From: Myxococcales bacterium
Lineage (GTDB): Bacteria; Myxococcota_A; Polyangia; DRWM01; JAAZOP01
DNA: 46,418 nt
Assembly (NCBI GenBank): GCA_012797735.1
Contig: JAAZOP010000066.1
Location: forward strand, 1-46,418
Direction: 5' to 3'
Shown: in pieces, positions 32,349 through 41,483 of the stretch
Position numbering within the stretch: the first letter of the stretch is position 1
Layout: every line of letters starts with the position of its first letter
Notes under the pieces: model-generated
Told to the model about the DNA's origin: nothing
What the model saw: only the letters and a program-made list of their open reading frames with translations
The model's database searches: none
Position numbers and translations under genes: made by a program

Positions 32349-33704
32349 ATGGACCGGCTGGTGGAACGGCTGGACGGCGCCCTGCGAGCCCTCGGCGTGG
32401 AGGCCGAGACGGCGACCGCCGAGTCCTGGGGCGCGCTGATCCGCGAGGCGATGCAGGGCAAGGCGCGCACCTTCCACACGGTCGAGCACCTCGAGGAGAT
32501 CTGGCAGGACGCCGGTCCGATCGAGACGCTGGCGATCCTGTTCCACGACCTGGTGTACGTCCAGGTCGACCGTGGCGTGCACGAGGCCGTTCGCCCCATG
32601 GTCGTCTCGGCGGCCGACCACTGCGGCGGCCGTTTCACGGCCCGCGGCTTCGACCCGGTCCAGGATCGGCCGGGCGCGCTGGCGGCCCTGCTGTTCGGGA
32701 TCGAGCCGGGGACGGAGTTGACGCCGGCGACGGGCCTCAACGAGTACTTCAGCGCGCTCGTCGCCGCCCGACTCACCGCCACCGTCCTGTGGGACCGCGA
32801 TGTGGCCCGCGTGGTCGCCTGCATCGAGGCCACGATCCCGTTCCGGCCGGCCGACGAACAGGGCCGCTCCCCGCTCGACCGGCTCGCCGTCCGGCTCGCG
32901 CGCGCCAACCGCGAGCTGGCGCTGGGATTGACCGACGACCAGGTTGCGGAGGCGATCGAGACCGCCGCCGAGGTCTCCCATCGCGACCTCGCCAATTTCG
33001 CCGACCCTGACCCTGCCAGTTTCCTCGATCACACCTGGCGCCTGCTCCCGGAGAGCCACGAGGAACTGCGCCGGTCCCGCAGCTACACGATCCGCCAGTA
33101 CCGCGCCTCGCTCGAGCAGGCCGAGACGTTCCTGGCGCGGCTGGATGCCGAACGGATCTTCCCCGCCGTGGGTGGCCGGGACCGGGACCCGCGGCTGGTC
33201 GAGCGGCGCGAGCGCGCCGCGAGGAACCTCGACGTCGGCGTGCGCTATCTGCGCTGCAAGCTGTTCGCCACCGGCCTGCTCGAGGCGTTGGCCGAGGCCA
33301 CGGGCGGCGACACCGAGATGGGGCTGTTCATGGGCGACCTGCCGAATCCGGAGCGGCCCACGCCGCGGCTCGAAGAGCACCTCCCGGCGGTTCCCGAGGA
33401 ACGGCGGGCGGTTCACGACCCGGTGGTCCGCGACCTGCTGCTCCACGGCCGCACCGGCGAGACGCAGTTCGACATCCGGACCTCGCCGCTCTCCGCGCAC
33501 CTGTACCTGCGCCTCGGCGAGCCCGCCGTCCTGGCCGGCGCGCACCGGGCGCGCGAGCTGTTCGCCGGACGGCTCGAGCCGACGGCGTTCCTCGCCGCGA
33601 TCGAACCGGCCTGCGTCGCCGACGTCGCCGAGGCGGCGGCGCGCACGGCCCATCCCCGCGAACGCCCGCTCCGCGAGCTGGCGGCCCGCTTCCGCCCCGG
33701 CTGA
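32349..33704 (+). CDS. hypothetical protein with HD-phosphohydrolase-like N-terminal motifs
   Basis: ATG 32349 (MDRLVERLDGAL...). TFHTVEHLEE and LAILFHDLVYVQVD resemble the H...HD signature of COG4339-like HD proteins. The rest is unrecognised. The upstream part of track ORF 31860.. is junk plus the pseudogene remnant. Confidence 0.6.
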   Translation: MDRLVERLDGALRALGVEAETATAESWGALIREAMQGKARTFHTVEHLEEIWQDAGPIETLAILFHDLVYVQVDRGVHEAVRPMVVSAADHCGGRFTARGFDPVQDRPGALAALLFGIEPGTELTPATGLNEYFSALVAARLTATVLWDRDVARVVACIEATIPFRPADEQGRSPLDRLAVRLARANRELALGLTDDQVAEAIETAAEVSHRDLANFADPDPASFLDHTWRLLPESHEELRRSRSYTIRQYRASLEQAETFLARLDAERIFPAVGGRDRDPRLVERRERAARNLDVGVRYLRCKLFATGLLEALAEATGGDTEMGLFMGDLPNPERPTPRLEEHLPAVPEERRAVHDPVVRDLLLHGRTGETQFDIRTSPLSAHLYLRLGEPAVLAGAHRARELFAGRLEPTAFLAAIEPACVADVAEAAARTAHPRERPLRELAARFRPG

Positions 33705-33827
33705 GCGCTGCCGTCGGTCCGCCGGTCTCGGAGCAGCCCGACAATTCCACTTGCGTCCCTCGCCCCGCTCTGGTTAGAACCCCCCGTCGCCGCGAGCCAT
33801 TCAGGCGGCGGGCCAAGGAGGGTTGTC

Positions 33828-34148
33828 ATGAAGTGGATGATGGTCGTCGGACTGTTGGGCGTGTTCTCGTTCGGTTGCGCCGAGAAGGTCGACTGCGGCC
33901 AGATGGAGAAGAAGCTCAGCGAGTGCGGTGTGCAGCTCGTGCGCGCCGTCGCCAAGGCCCAGGGAAAGGAACTGCCCGCCAGTGCGGATTCCCTGATCCA
34001 GGGGATGATGGACAGCATGACCAAGCCGCTGGTCCAGCAGTGCAAGGACGAGGGCGGCAAGTTCTCCGACGCCAAGGAGTTCAACGCCTGCCTCGGCAAG
34101 GCGAGCTGCGACGAGTTCGCCGCCTGCATGCAGCCGCTGATGAAGTAG
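33828..34148 (+). CDS. small Lys- and Cys-rich lipoprotein
   Basis: AAGGAGG RBS 6 nt upstream. Signal MKWMMVVGLLGVFSFGC. Six further Cys residues. Visibly lower GC and more Lys codons than its neighbours. Confidence 0.8.
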   Translation: MKWMMVVGLLGVFSFGCAEKVDCGQMEKKLSECGVQLVRAVAKAQGKELPASADSLIQGMMDSMTKPLVQQCKDEGGKFSDAKEFNACLGKASCDEFAACMQPLMK

Positions 34149-34228
34149 CGCGCGGGATTTGCCCGCCGCGCGGGACGGAGTATCCTTGCGCCGGAGGTCG
34201 TCGTTGCGACCCCGGGGAGGCTTCGTCC

Positions 34229-35212
34229 ATGCCGCGCAATCCGCTCCTCGCGTTGCCGCTCGCCGCCGTCCTCGTCGCCGGCTGCGGCCGCTCGTCGTCG
34301 GAACCCTGCGATCCGGCCTGTCGCGCCGGATTCGAATGCTACTACGGCATCTGTCTGCCTTCCGGATTCGACGCCGGAACCGACGGCGACACCGTGCATC
34401 CCGACGACGCCGCCGACCGTCCCGAGACGCCGGACGATGCGCCGTACGATACCGGCTGCGCCGACCCCGCCATCTGCGACGACGGTGACCCGTGCACCCT
34501 CGACCTGTGCGAGCCGGCGGGCGGTTGCAGCCACCCGCCGGTACCGGACGGCACCGGCTGTCCGGACGACGGCGATCCGTGTTCCCAGGACGTGTGCATG
34601 GCCGGCGCCTGCGTCCACCCTGCGGCCGAGGAGTGCTGCCTCGCCCCCGAGGAGTGCGACGACGGCGATCCGTGCACGACGGACGATTGCGGCCCGGACC
34701 ATCTGTGCCGGAACGAACCGATCCCCGACTGCTGCGCCCGGGACGCCGACTGTCTGTGGGAGGGGCATCTGTGGGAGTGCGACCCGGAGAGCCACGTCTG
34801 CTACGACCCGCCCGGCGGCGAGTTCTGCGCGAGCTGCACGACCCGCCGCGACTGCGGCGACGGGGGCGAGTCGTCCGACGACTGGTGCGTCCGGTACGCC
34901 TGGAACGACGCCGGGTGCACGAAGGACTGCCGCGACGACGCCGACTGCCCCGGCGCGTCGTACTGTCGAAGCCTCGAGCGGGAATCCGCGTGCACGGCGG
35001 CGGACGCCGCCTGCATCTGCGTCTCGCGGTTCGGCAGTTGCGCGGCCTACAACACCTACGGCGCCCCGTGCCTGGTCGACGCGAGCTGCCGCTCCTGCGA
35101 TGCCTGCGACGACCTGGTCTGCCGCGGTGGCGCCTGCACCTGGCCCTGCGAGGGGCCGGAGGAATGCCCGCTGGGGGCCGTCTGCGCGGACGGGGTCTGC
35201 GGGCCGGGCTAG
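34229..35212 (+). CDS. Cys-rich repeat lipoprotein (myxobacterial-type DDGDPCT repeats)
   Basis: ATG 34229. Signal LPLAAVLVAGC. About 40 Cys. Repeats CDDGDPCTLDLC, CPDDGDPCSQDVC, CDDGDPCTTDDC. Confidence 0.8.
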   Translation: MPRNPLLALPLAAVLVAGCGRSSSEPCDPACRAGFECYYGICLPSGFDAGTDGDTVHPDDAADRPETPDDAPYDTGCADPAICDDGDPCTLDLCEPAGGCSHPPVPDGTGCPDDGDPCSQDVCMAGACVHPAAEECCLAPEECDDGDPCTTDDCGPDHLCRNEPIPDCCARDADCLWEGHLWECDPESHVCYDPPGGEFCASCTTRRDCGDGGESSDDWCVRYAWNDAGCTKDCRDDADCPGASYCRSLERESACTAADAACICVSRFGSCAAYNTYGAPCLVDASCRSCDACDDLVCRGGACTWPCEGPEECPLGAVCADGVCGPG

Positions 35213-35272
35213 CCGCGCGCCGGTGTCGATCCGCTGGGCGAACGGACGAGTTCCAGGTGGGCGGGATCGCCG

Positions 35273-36859
35273 CTAGTCGCCCCACAGGCCCTCGAAGGCG
35301 CCCGAGTGCTCCTCGAGGATCATCTCGCTTTCCTGGTCGGTCCACTCGTACGGAGCCGCCGGCATCGCGGCCGGCGCCGCCTGTCCTTCGGTGTAGTACG
35401 CGCCCGTGGCGCTGCCGGTCGACACGACGTCGCCGGCGCCGAGGAGGCCGGCCGTCGCCGTCGTCGTGCCTACCGGCTGGCCCGGCGCCGCCAGCGCGCC
35501 CACGCCGTCGCGATCCAGCGCCGCCTGCGCCTCTTCCCGCGCCCGCACCGCCAGCTCGGCGTCCGCGCGTTCCACCGCCTGGCGCAGCCGGTCGAGCCGC
35601 CCGTATTCCTCGCGCCCGAGCAACACCTCGTCGCTGGCCTCGACGACCTGCCGGTACGCCGCCATCCCCTCGGACAGCACCTGTCCCGCCGCCGCGATGT
35701 CGCCGCGCCGCATCTCCTCCGCGGCGCGGATCGCGGCCAGGTGGGCGTGCACCGTGGCCATCCGCTCCCGGACCGCCTGGTTCTGCGTCGCCTCGGCCGC
35801 CGCGGCGTCCTCCGTGGCGCGGAGGCCGACGTAGTAGGTCCGCTCCTGGAACCCGGAGCCGCCATAGGCATCGAGGTACCGGATCTTGACGTCCGCCAAC
35901 TCCACCCGCGCCTCGTGGCTCCGTTCGCCGTACCCGAGTCGCAGCAGCACCTCGCGCTCCTTGCCGCCCACCAGATCGCCCAGCGCGATCACCGCCTCGC
36001 GCCCCGGCGACAGATCGTCCCACCCGGGCACCTCGAGGATTTCGATCCCCGGGCCCGGCACCACCTCGACGCTCACGCTGCGCGCCACCAGCGTCTCCAG
36101 TTTCAGGATTTCCGTCTGGAACCGCTCGGCGATCTGGTCGGCGCCCGACAGGTACTTGTAGTTGCCGCCCGAGGCCCGGGCCATGTCGGTGAGCAGCGCC
36201 TCGTCGAATTCGATCCCGAGTCCGAAGGCGACGATCGCCATGCCCTGGCTGCCGGCCAGCGTCGCCAGGTCGACGAGACCCAGCGGGTCGTTCGGCTTGC
36301 CGTCGGAGAGCAGGATGATCCGCGACAGGTGGTCCTGGTCGCGCCAGGCGGCGGTCGCTTCGAGCGCCGAGGCGAGGCCGGCGCGCATGTCGGTGGTCCC
36401 GGCGGCTTCGATCTTTCCCACCGCCTCGACCAGTTCCGGCGGCGGCGCGTCGGTGTCCCAGGTGCCTGCGCCGAGCACCCGGGCCACCGAGCCGAAGCTG
36501 ACGATCGCGGCCCGGTCTCCGCCGTGCAACCGGCCCAGCACGTCGCGGACCGCCTCCTTGGCCGATTCGATCGGCGGACCTTCCATCGAGCCCGACGTAT
36601 CGATCACGATCGCCAGGTTGAGCGGCGGGCGCTGGGCGCGCGCCGGCTGCCGCGCCGTCACCTTCACCTGCAACACCACCTCGCCCGGCTTCCCCGCCAG
36701 GATCTCCGACCGATCCACCGCCGTCGCCACCTCGACCAGCCCGGGGTCGACCTTCGGCGCCTGTGGACACCCGGTCGCCACGGTCGCCGCGACCAACGCT
36801 GCCGCGGCCGCCCCCCGACGGCCCCCGCCCCTGCCTGCACGCACCTGGTGCAAACGCAT
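35273..36859 (-). CDS. von Willebrand factor type A (VWA) domain lipoprotein
   Basis: Signal AAALVAATVATGC. MIDAS motif LAIVIDTSGSM, ...GTTDMRAGL..., IILLSDGKPND. Coiled-coil-like Ala/Glu/Arg-rich C-terminal half. Confidence 0.85.
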   Translation of the reverse strand: MRLHQVRAGRGGGRRGAAAAALVAATVATGCPQAPKVDPGLVEVATAVDRSEILAGKPGEVVLQVKVTARQPARAQRPPLNLAIVIDTSGSMEGPPIESAKEAVRDVLGRLHGGDRAAIVSFGSVARVLGAGTWDTDAPPPELVEAVGKIEAAGTTDMRAGLASALEATAAWRDQDHLSRIILLSDGKPNDPLGLVDLATLAGSQGMAIVAFGLGIEFDEALLTDMARASGGNYKYLSGADQIAERFQTEILKLETLVARSVSVEVVPGPGIEILEVPGWDDLSPGREAVIALGDLVGGKEREVLLRLGYGERSHEARVELADVKIRYLDAYGGSGFQERTYYVGLRATEDAAAAEATQNQAVRERMATVHAHLAAIRAAEEMRRGDIAAAGQVLSEGMAAYRQVVEASDEVLLGREEYGRLDRLRQAVERADAELAVRAREEAQAALDRDGVGALAAPGQPVGTTTATAGLLGAGDVVSTGSATGAYYTEGQAAPAAMPAAPYEWTDQESEMILEEHSGAFEGLWGD

Positions 36860-37089
36860 CGAGTTCCTCCCTGCCGGCCGGCGGCCGGCGAGCGTTCATC
36901 CTACGGGCCACCGGGCACTCGGGATCTGCCCGCCACGCGGTCCGGGCGCCTTCTTACCCTCGGGCGGACCGGGGGCACAAGCGATCCCTCGGCCACCCGC
37001 GGAGTCGTTTCGCCCGAAGGGGCTTTCCGTGCTACCCTTTCTCCACGACGAGCCGGAGCCAGGCAGACCCCGGCCGAGGAGCAGGCGTC

Positions 37090-38955
37090 ATGACGCACCG
37101 GATCCTGTGTTCCCTGGGTGTGATCGCGTCCCTGTCGCTGCCGGCGTGTTCGCCGTCCGACGACGACACCATCGGGCCCGACGACGGCCGCACGTACGAC
37201 GACGGTCTCGACATCCCGGAGACCGTCTCCTGCACGCCCGGACAGATCAACTGCGCCGGCAACACCCTCCTGATCTGCAACGCGACCGGCAACGGCTGGG
37301 ACTCGACGCCCTGCGGCGACCCCACCCCCGTCTGCACCCCGGGGCTCGGCTGCGTCGTCTGCCAGCCCGGTGTGGGCGGCTGCGAGGGTGCCACCGCCCG
37401 TCGTTGTCGGGATGACGGTTCGGGGTGGGACGTCGTCGACGAATGCGATGCGGGCGCGGGCGAGCGCTGCAACCTCGGCTTCTGCACCGACCTGTCCGAC
37501 GCCTGCGAGGCGGCGCGGACGGCGAACTCCTACGAGGGGTGCGACTACTGGCCCGTCCAGCTCGCCAACGCCGGCCTCGAGGACACGACCACGTTCCGCT
37601 ACGCGCTGGTGATCGGCAACCGTCAGGGAACGACGGCCAACATCCAGGTGCTGAACCGCGGCGGGGTGGTCGCCACGACCAGCGTTCCCCCGGATTCGAT
37701 CCGGACGCTCGAGCTGAACTGGAACGAGTCGCTCCGCTCCGCGACCGGCTCCGAGTTCGTCCCCAACGGCGCCTGGCGCCTCAAGTCGGACGTCCCGGTC
37801 ACCGTCTACCAGTTCAACCCGCTCAAGTACTGGGGCGGCTCCGGCATGATGGGCCAGGGTTCGTACTCCAACGACGCCTCCCTCCTGCTGCCCCGGCACG
37901 TCCTGACCGGCGACTACATCGTCGCCTCGCGGCCCACGTTCATGCTGTCGTTCAGCGACTGGCTCTCCGAGGAGTTCAGCGGCAACTCGGGGGTGTTCTC
38001 GATCGTCGCCGTCGAGGACGGCACCGAGGTCGAGATCACGTTCCACGGCAACACGCAGGCCGGCGGCTCGGTCGCCGCCTATCGGCGCGGCAGCTCCGAC
38101 CGCTTCTACCTCGACAAGTACGACGTGTTGCAGATCCTGAGCGAGGTTCCGGAACGATGCACCATCGCCCGCAGCGAGCCGCATCCGGCAGACCCCAGCG
38201 TCACGATCGGCTATTGCAACATGGGGGTCGAATACGACCTGACCGGGACGGAGATCCGCGCCAACAAGCCGGTGGCCGTGTACGGCGGGCACGACTGCAC
38301 CTTCGTTCCGTTCGATCGCTGGGCCTGCGACCACCTGGAGGAGCAGATCTTCCCGCTCCAGGCCTGGGGCACGCGGTACCTCGCCGCGCGGACCCAGCCG
38401 GTGGCGGACGAGGGCAACTACTGGCGCGTGATCTCGGGCCGGGACGGCAACCACATCCGGTTCAATCCCCCCATCCACGGCGAGGAGACGCTCAACCGCA
38501 CCGACTGGTTCGAGTTCGAGTCGCGGGACGATTTCGAGGTGACCGGCGACGGCGCCTTCCTGCTCGTCGGCTTCCTCGTCGGCCAGGGCAGCAACCTCGA
38601 CTCGATCGGCGACCCCGCCATGGCCCTCGCCGTCCCCGTCGAACAGTACCGCCTGTCGTACAACTTCCTCGCCCCCGAGGACTACCGCAACGATCCGGCG
38701 ACGGGTGCCACCGGCCGGAACTACGTCAACGTCATCGCCCCGGACGGCGTCGTCGTCACCCTCGACGGCACCCCCGTCGGCGGCTTCACCCCCATCGGCG
38801 GCACCGGGTTCGGGGTCGCACGGGTCGAGATCGGCGGAGGCTCGCACGCGATCGGTTCGGCGAACGAGTTCGGCATCACCTGCTACGGCTACGGCAACTA
38901 CACCTCGTACATGTACCCCGGGGGTCTCGACGTCGACGTGATCAACATCATCTGA
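37090..38955 (+). CDS. lipoprotein with Cys-rich N-terminus and IgGFc-binding-protein-N-terminal-like domain
   Basis: ATG 37090. Signal CSLGVIASLSLPAC. FRYALVIGN...VPVTVYQFNP...SNDASLLLP...FSIVAVEDGTEVEI...DLTGTEIRANKPVAVYGGHDC...DHLEEQIFPLQAWG...GDPAMALAVPVEQY...YGYGNYTSYMYPGG follows the order I recall for the IgGFc_binding family. Confidence 0.75.
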   Translation: MTHRILCSLGVIASLSLPACSPSDDDTIGPDDGRTYDDGLDIPETVSCTPGQINCAGNTLLICNATGNGWDSTPCGDPTPVCTPGLGCVVCQPGVGGCEGATARRCRDDGSGWDVVDECDAGAGERCNLGFCTDLSDACEAARTANSYEGCDYWPVQLANAGLEDTTTFRYALVIGNRQGTTANIQVLNRGGVVATTSVPPDSIRTLELNWNESLRSATGSEFVPNGAWRLKSDVPVTVYQFNPLKYWGGSGMMGQGSYSNDASLLLPRHVLTGDYIVASRPTFMLSFSDWLSEEFSGNSGVFSIVAVEDGTEVEITFHGNTQAGGSVAAYRRGSSDRFYLDKYDVLQILSEVPERCTIARSEPHPADPSVTIGYCNMGVEYDLTGTEIRANKPVAVYGGHDCTFVPFDRWACDHLEEQIFPLQAWGTRYLAARTQPVADEGNYWRVISGRDGNHIRFNPPIHGEETLNRTDWFEFESRDDFEVTGDGAFLLVGFLVGQGSNLDSIGDPAMALAVPVEQYRLSYNFLAPEDYRNDPATGATGRNYVNVIAPDGVVVTLDGTPVGGFTPIGGTGFGVARVEIGGGSHAIGSANEFGITCYGYGNYTSYMYPGGLDVDVINII

Positions 38956-39031
38956 GGATGAATCGCGAGGAAGGCCGGCGGGACGGGGTCCGCAAGTCGG
39001 TCCTCCGGGTGGGACAGAGGGGACAGGTGTA

Positions 39032-41380
39032 ATGGAACGGGTTGCGCGATGTCCGGACCAGCCAGCGAGGGCCGGAAAGCGGAGTCCGGCGACTTCGATA
39101 CCGCGTCTCGCCGTTCTCGGCGGCGTCCTCGCCGCCCTGCTCGGCGTCGCCCGCTGCGACTGCGGCGGCGGGGACGACGGCACGACCTGCCGGACCGCCG
39201 CGGAGTGCCCCGACGGCTGGCAGTGCGTCGCCAACGTCTGCGTCCGGCCGGACGCCGGGACCGACGGCGATGCGGACGCCGAGGCCGATGCGGGGGACGA
39301 TGCCGACGCGCCTCCCGAGAGCGATGTCGATGGCGCGGCCGAGGACGGCGGCTGCCCCTCCGGACTGTTCTGCGGCTCGCCGCCCGCCTGCTGCGCCGCC
39401 GGCGACGAGTGCATCGAGGGGCTGTGCGTTCCGCCCTGCGCGTCCGGTGTCCGCTGCGGCGTGACGCTCGACCGGTGCTGCGCGGCGACGGAGGTCTGTC
39501 TGGGGGAGGCGTGCACCGCGCCGGGCGACCCGTGCACCGACTCGTTCGACTGTCCCGAGGACTTCTTCTGCGAACCGACCCTCGGCCGCTGCCTCCCCCA
39601 ACTCGACCCGTTGACCTGCGAGGTCCGGCGCACCCCGGAGCCGTTCGAGGTGCTCCTCGAATGGTCCTGGACCGCTTCGACGACGGCGCCGGCCTACGAT
39701 CAGCCGATCGCGGCCCCGGTGGTGATCGACCTCGACGGCGACCTCGACCCCGAGGTGCTCGTCTCGTGCGCCCGGCAGGGGGACTGGCAGGACGCCGTCC
39801 TGCGGGCCCTGGACGGCGACGACGGTACGGAACGCTGGGCGGTGGCCGAGACCGCCCTGCACCTCAACGGCCGGGCCAGCATCGCCGCCGGCGATATCGA
39901 TGGCGACGGGCACCCGGAGATCCTGGGGACCGCGGCGTCGACGCCGAGCGCGATCCTGGCTTTCGAGCACGACGGCACGCTCCAGTGGCGCTCGACCGAC
40001 GCCCTCGGCAACCCGACGACCTACACCGGGGTGAGCAAGGGGATCGCCCTGGCGGACCTGAACGGCGACGGCCGGCCCGAAATCGTCGCGGGCGGCGTGG
40101 TGCTCGACGCCAACGGCCACGAGCTGTGGAGCCGGGGCGGGATGGAGGGCGACAACAGCTACGGCGGCGGCCAGCCCACCGTCGCGGACCTCGACCTCGA
40201 CACCGTCCCCGAGGTGGTCACCGGGGCGCGTGCCTGGCGCGCCGACGGCACCCTGCTGTGGGACGGCGGCGCTCCCGACGGCTACCCCGCCGTGGCGGAC
40301 TTCGCGGGGCTCGGTCTGCCGTTCGTGGCCGTGGTCGGCGTCGGCACCGTGCGCATCCTGCGCGGCGGCGACGGCTCGCTGTTCTGGGGCCCGGTCTCGA
40401 TTCCCGGGGGCGGCCGCGGCGGTCCCCCGACCGTCGCCGACTTCGACGGCGACGGCCGTCCCGAGATCGGCGTCGCCGGCGGCGCCTCGTACTCGGTCTA
40501 CGACCCCGACGGCGCCGAGCCGATCCGCTGGAGCCGCGCGACCCAGGACGCCTCGTCCAACGCTACCGGGTCCTCCGTCTTCGACTTCGAGGGCGACGGG
40601 GTCGCGGAGGTGGTGTACTGCGACGAGTGTTTCATGCGGGTCTACCGCGGCACCGACGGCGAGGTGCTGCTCGAGATCCCGAACACCTCGGCCACGATCA
40701 ACGAGTACCCGCTGGTGGTCGACGTGGACGCCGACGGCAACTCGGAGATCGTGGTGGTGGCCAACGACTACGGCGCGTACTCGCCGCCGTGGGACCAGTG
40801 TCTGAGCCGGCCGGGGTTCACGACGCCGCGGCACGGCGTGTTCGTCTACGGCGACGCCCACGATCGCTGGGTGCGCACGCGCCGCATCTGGAACCAGCAC
40901 GCATACCACGTCACCAACGTCGCCGCCGACGGTTCGATCCCGCGGGTCGAGGAGAACAACTGGACCACCGCCGGCCTGAACAACTTCCGCCAGAACGCCC
41001 AGGGCTCCGGGGTGTACAACGCTCCGGACCTGACCGTGATCGGCCTCAGCGCCGACCTGACGAACTGCCCCGTTTCGGCGACGCTGGCGGCGCGCGTCGC
41101 CAACCGCGGCAGCCTGGGCGTGGCCGCCGGCGTCCCCGTGGCCTTCTACGAGGGTACCCCGGCCGCGCCCGGCCCGCTGCTCGGCGTCGCCCGGACCGCG
41201 GTTCCGCTGCTCCCGGGCGCCAGCACCCTCGTGACTCTCGACGTCCCGCTCGACGCCGGTCCGACCTACGACTTCTTCGTCGTGGTCGACGACGACGGCG
41301 CGGGCGCCGGCGCGACGGTCGAATGCGACGAGACGAACAACCGCGCCGCGATCGCCGATCTCGACTGCCTGCTGCTGTGA
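39032..41380 (+). CDS. exported FG-GAP/VCBS-repeat (integrin-alpha-like beta-propeller) protein with Cys-rich N-terminus and CARDB-like C-terminus
   Basis: Hydrophobic N-terminus LAVLGGVLAALLGVARC. Ca-loop repeats: AAGDIDGDGHPEIL, ALADLNGDGRPEIV, TVADLDLDTVPEVV, TVADFDGDGRPEIG, SVFDFEGDGVAEVV, LVVDVDADGNSEIV. Confidence 0.85.
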   Translation: MERVARCPDQPARAGKRSPATSIPRLAVLGGVLAALLGVARCDCGGGDDGTTCRTAAECPDGWQCVANVCVRPDAGTDGDADAEADAGDDADAPPESDVDGAAEDGGCPSGLFCGSPPACCAAGDECIEGLCVPPCASGVRCGVTLDRCCAATEVCLGEACTAPGDPCTDSFDCPEDFFCEPTLGRCLPQLDPLTCEVRRTPEPFEVLLEWSWTASTTAPAYDQPIAAPVVIDLDGDLDPEVLVSCARQGDWQDAVLRALDGDDGTERWAVAETALHLNGRASIAAGDIDGDGHPEILGTAASTPSAILAFEHDGTLQWRSTDALGNPTTYTGVSKGIALADLNGDGRPEIVAGGVVLDANGHELWSRGGMEGDNSYGGGQPTVADLDLDTVPEVVTGARAWRADGTLLWDGGAPDGYPAVADFAGLGLPFVAVVGVGTVRILRGGDGSLFWGPVSIPGGGRGGPPTVADFDGDGRPEIGVAGGASYSVYDPDGAEPIRWSRATQDASSNATGSSVFDFEGDGVAEVVYCDECFMRVYRGTDGEVLLEIPNTSATINEYPLVVDVDADGNSEIVVVANDYGAYSPPWDQCLSRPGFTTPRHGVFVYGDAHDRWVRTRRIWNQHAYHVTNVAADGSIPRVEENNWTTAGLNNFRQNAQGSGVYNAPDLTVIGLSADLTNCPVSATLAARVANRGSLGVAAGVPVAFYEGTPAAPGPLLGVARTAVPLLPGASTLVTLDVPLDAGPTYDFFVVVDDDGAGAGATVECDETNNRAAIADLDCLLL

Positions 41381-41483
41381 TCCTCTGGACCGGTCGCACG
41401 GGCCGGTGGTAGCTTGGCCGGCGGGAGGCCGTGTCGTGTCCGGCCGTGCGGCCGGGCGGCGGCGCCTGCAAGGAGGGTCCCCG

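Noticed and set aside
41381-41483. Possible Moco riboswitch upstream of the Mo-hydroxylase (also considered upstream of the ABC permease, 26611-26736).
   Set aside because: Only generic GC-rich hairpins (for example GGCCGG...CCGGCC) are visible. The region is shorter than a typical Moco RNA, and I cannot match the conserved core by eye. A covariance-model scan would be needed.
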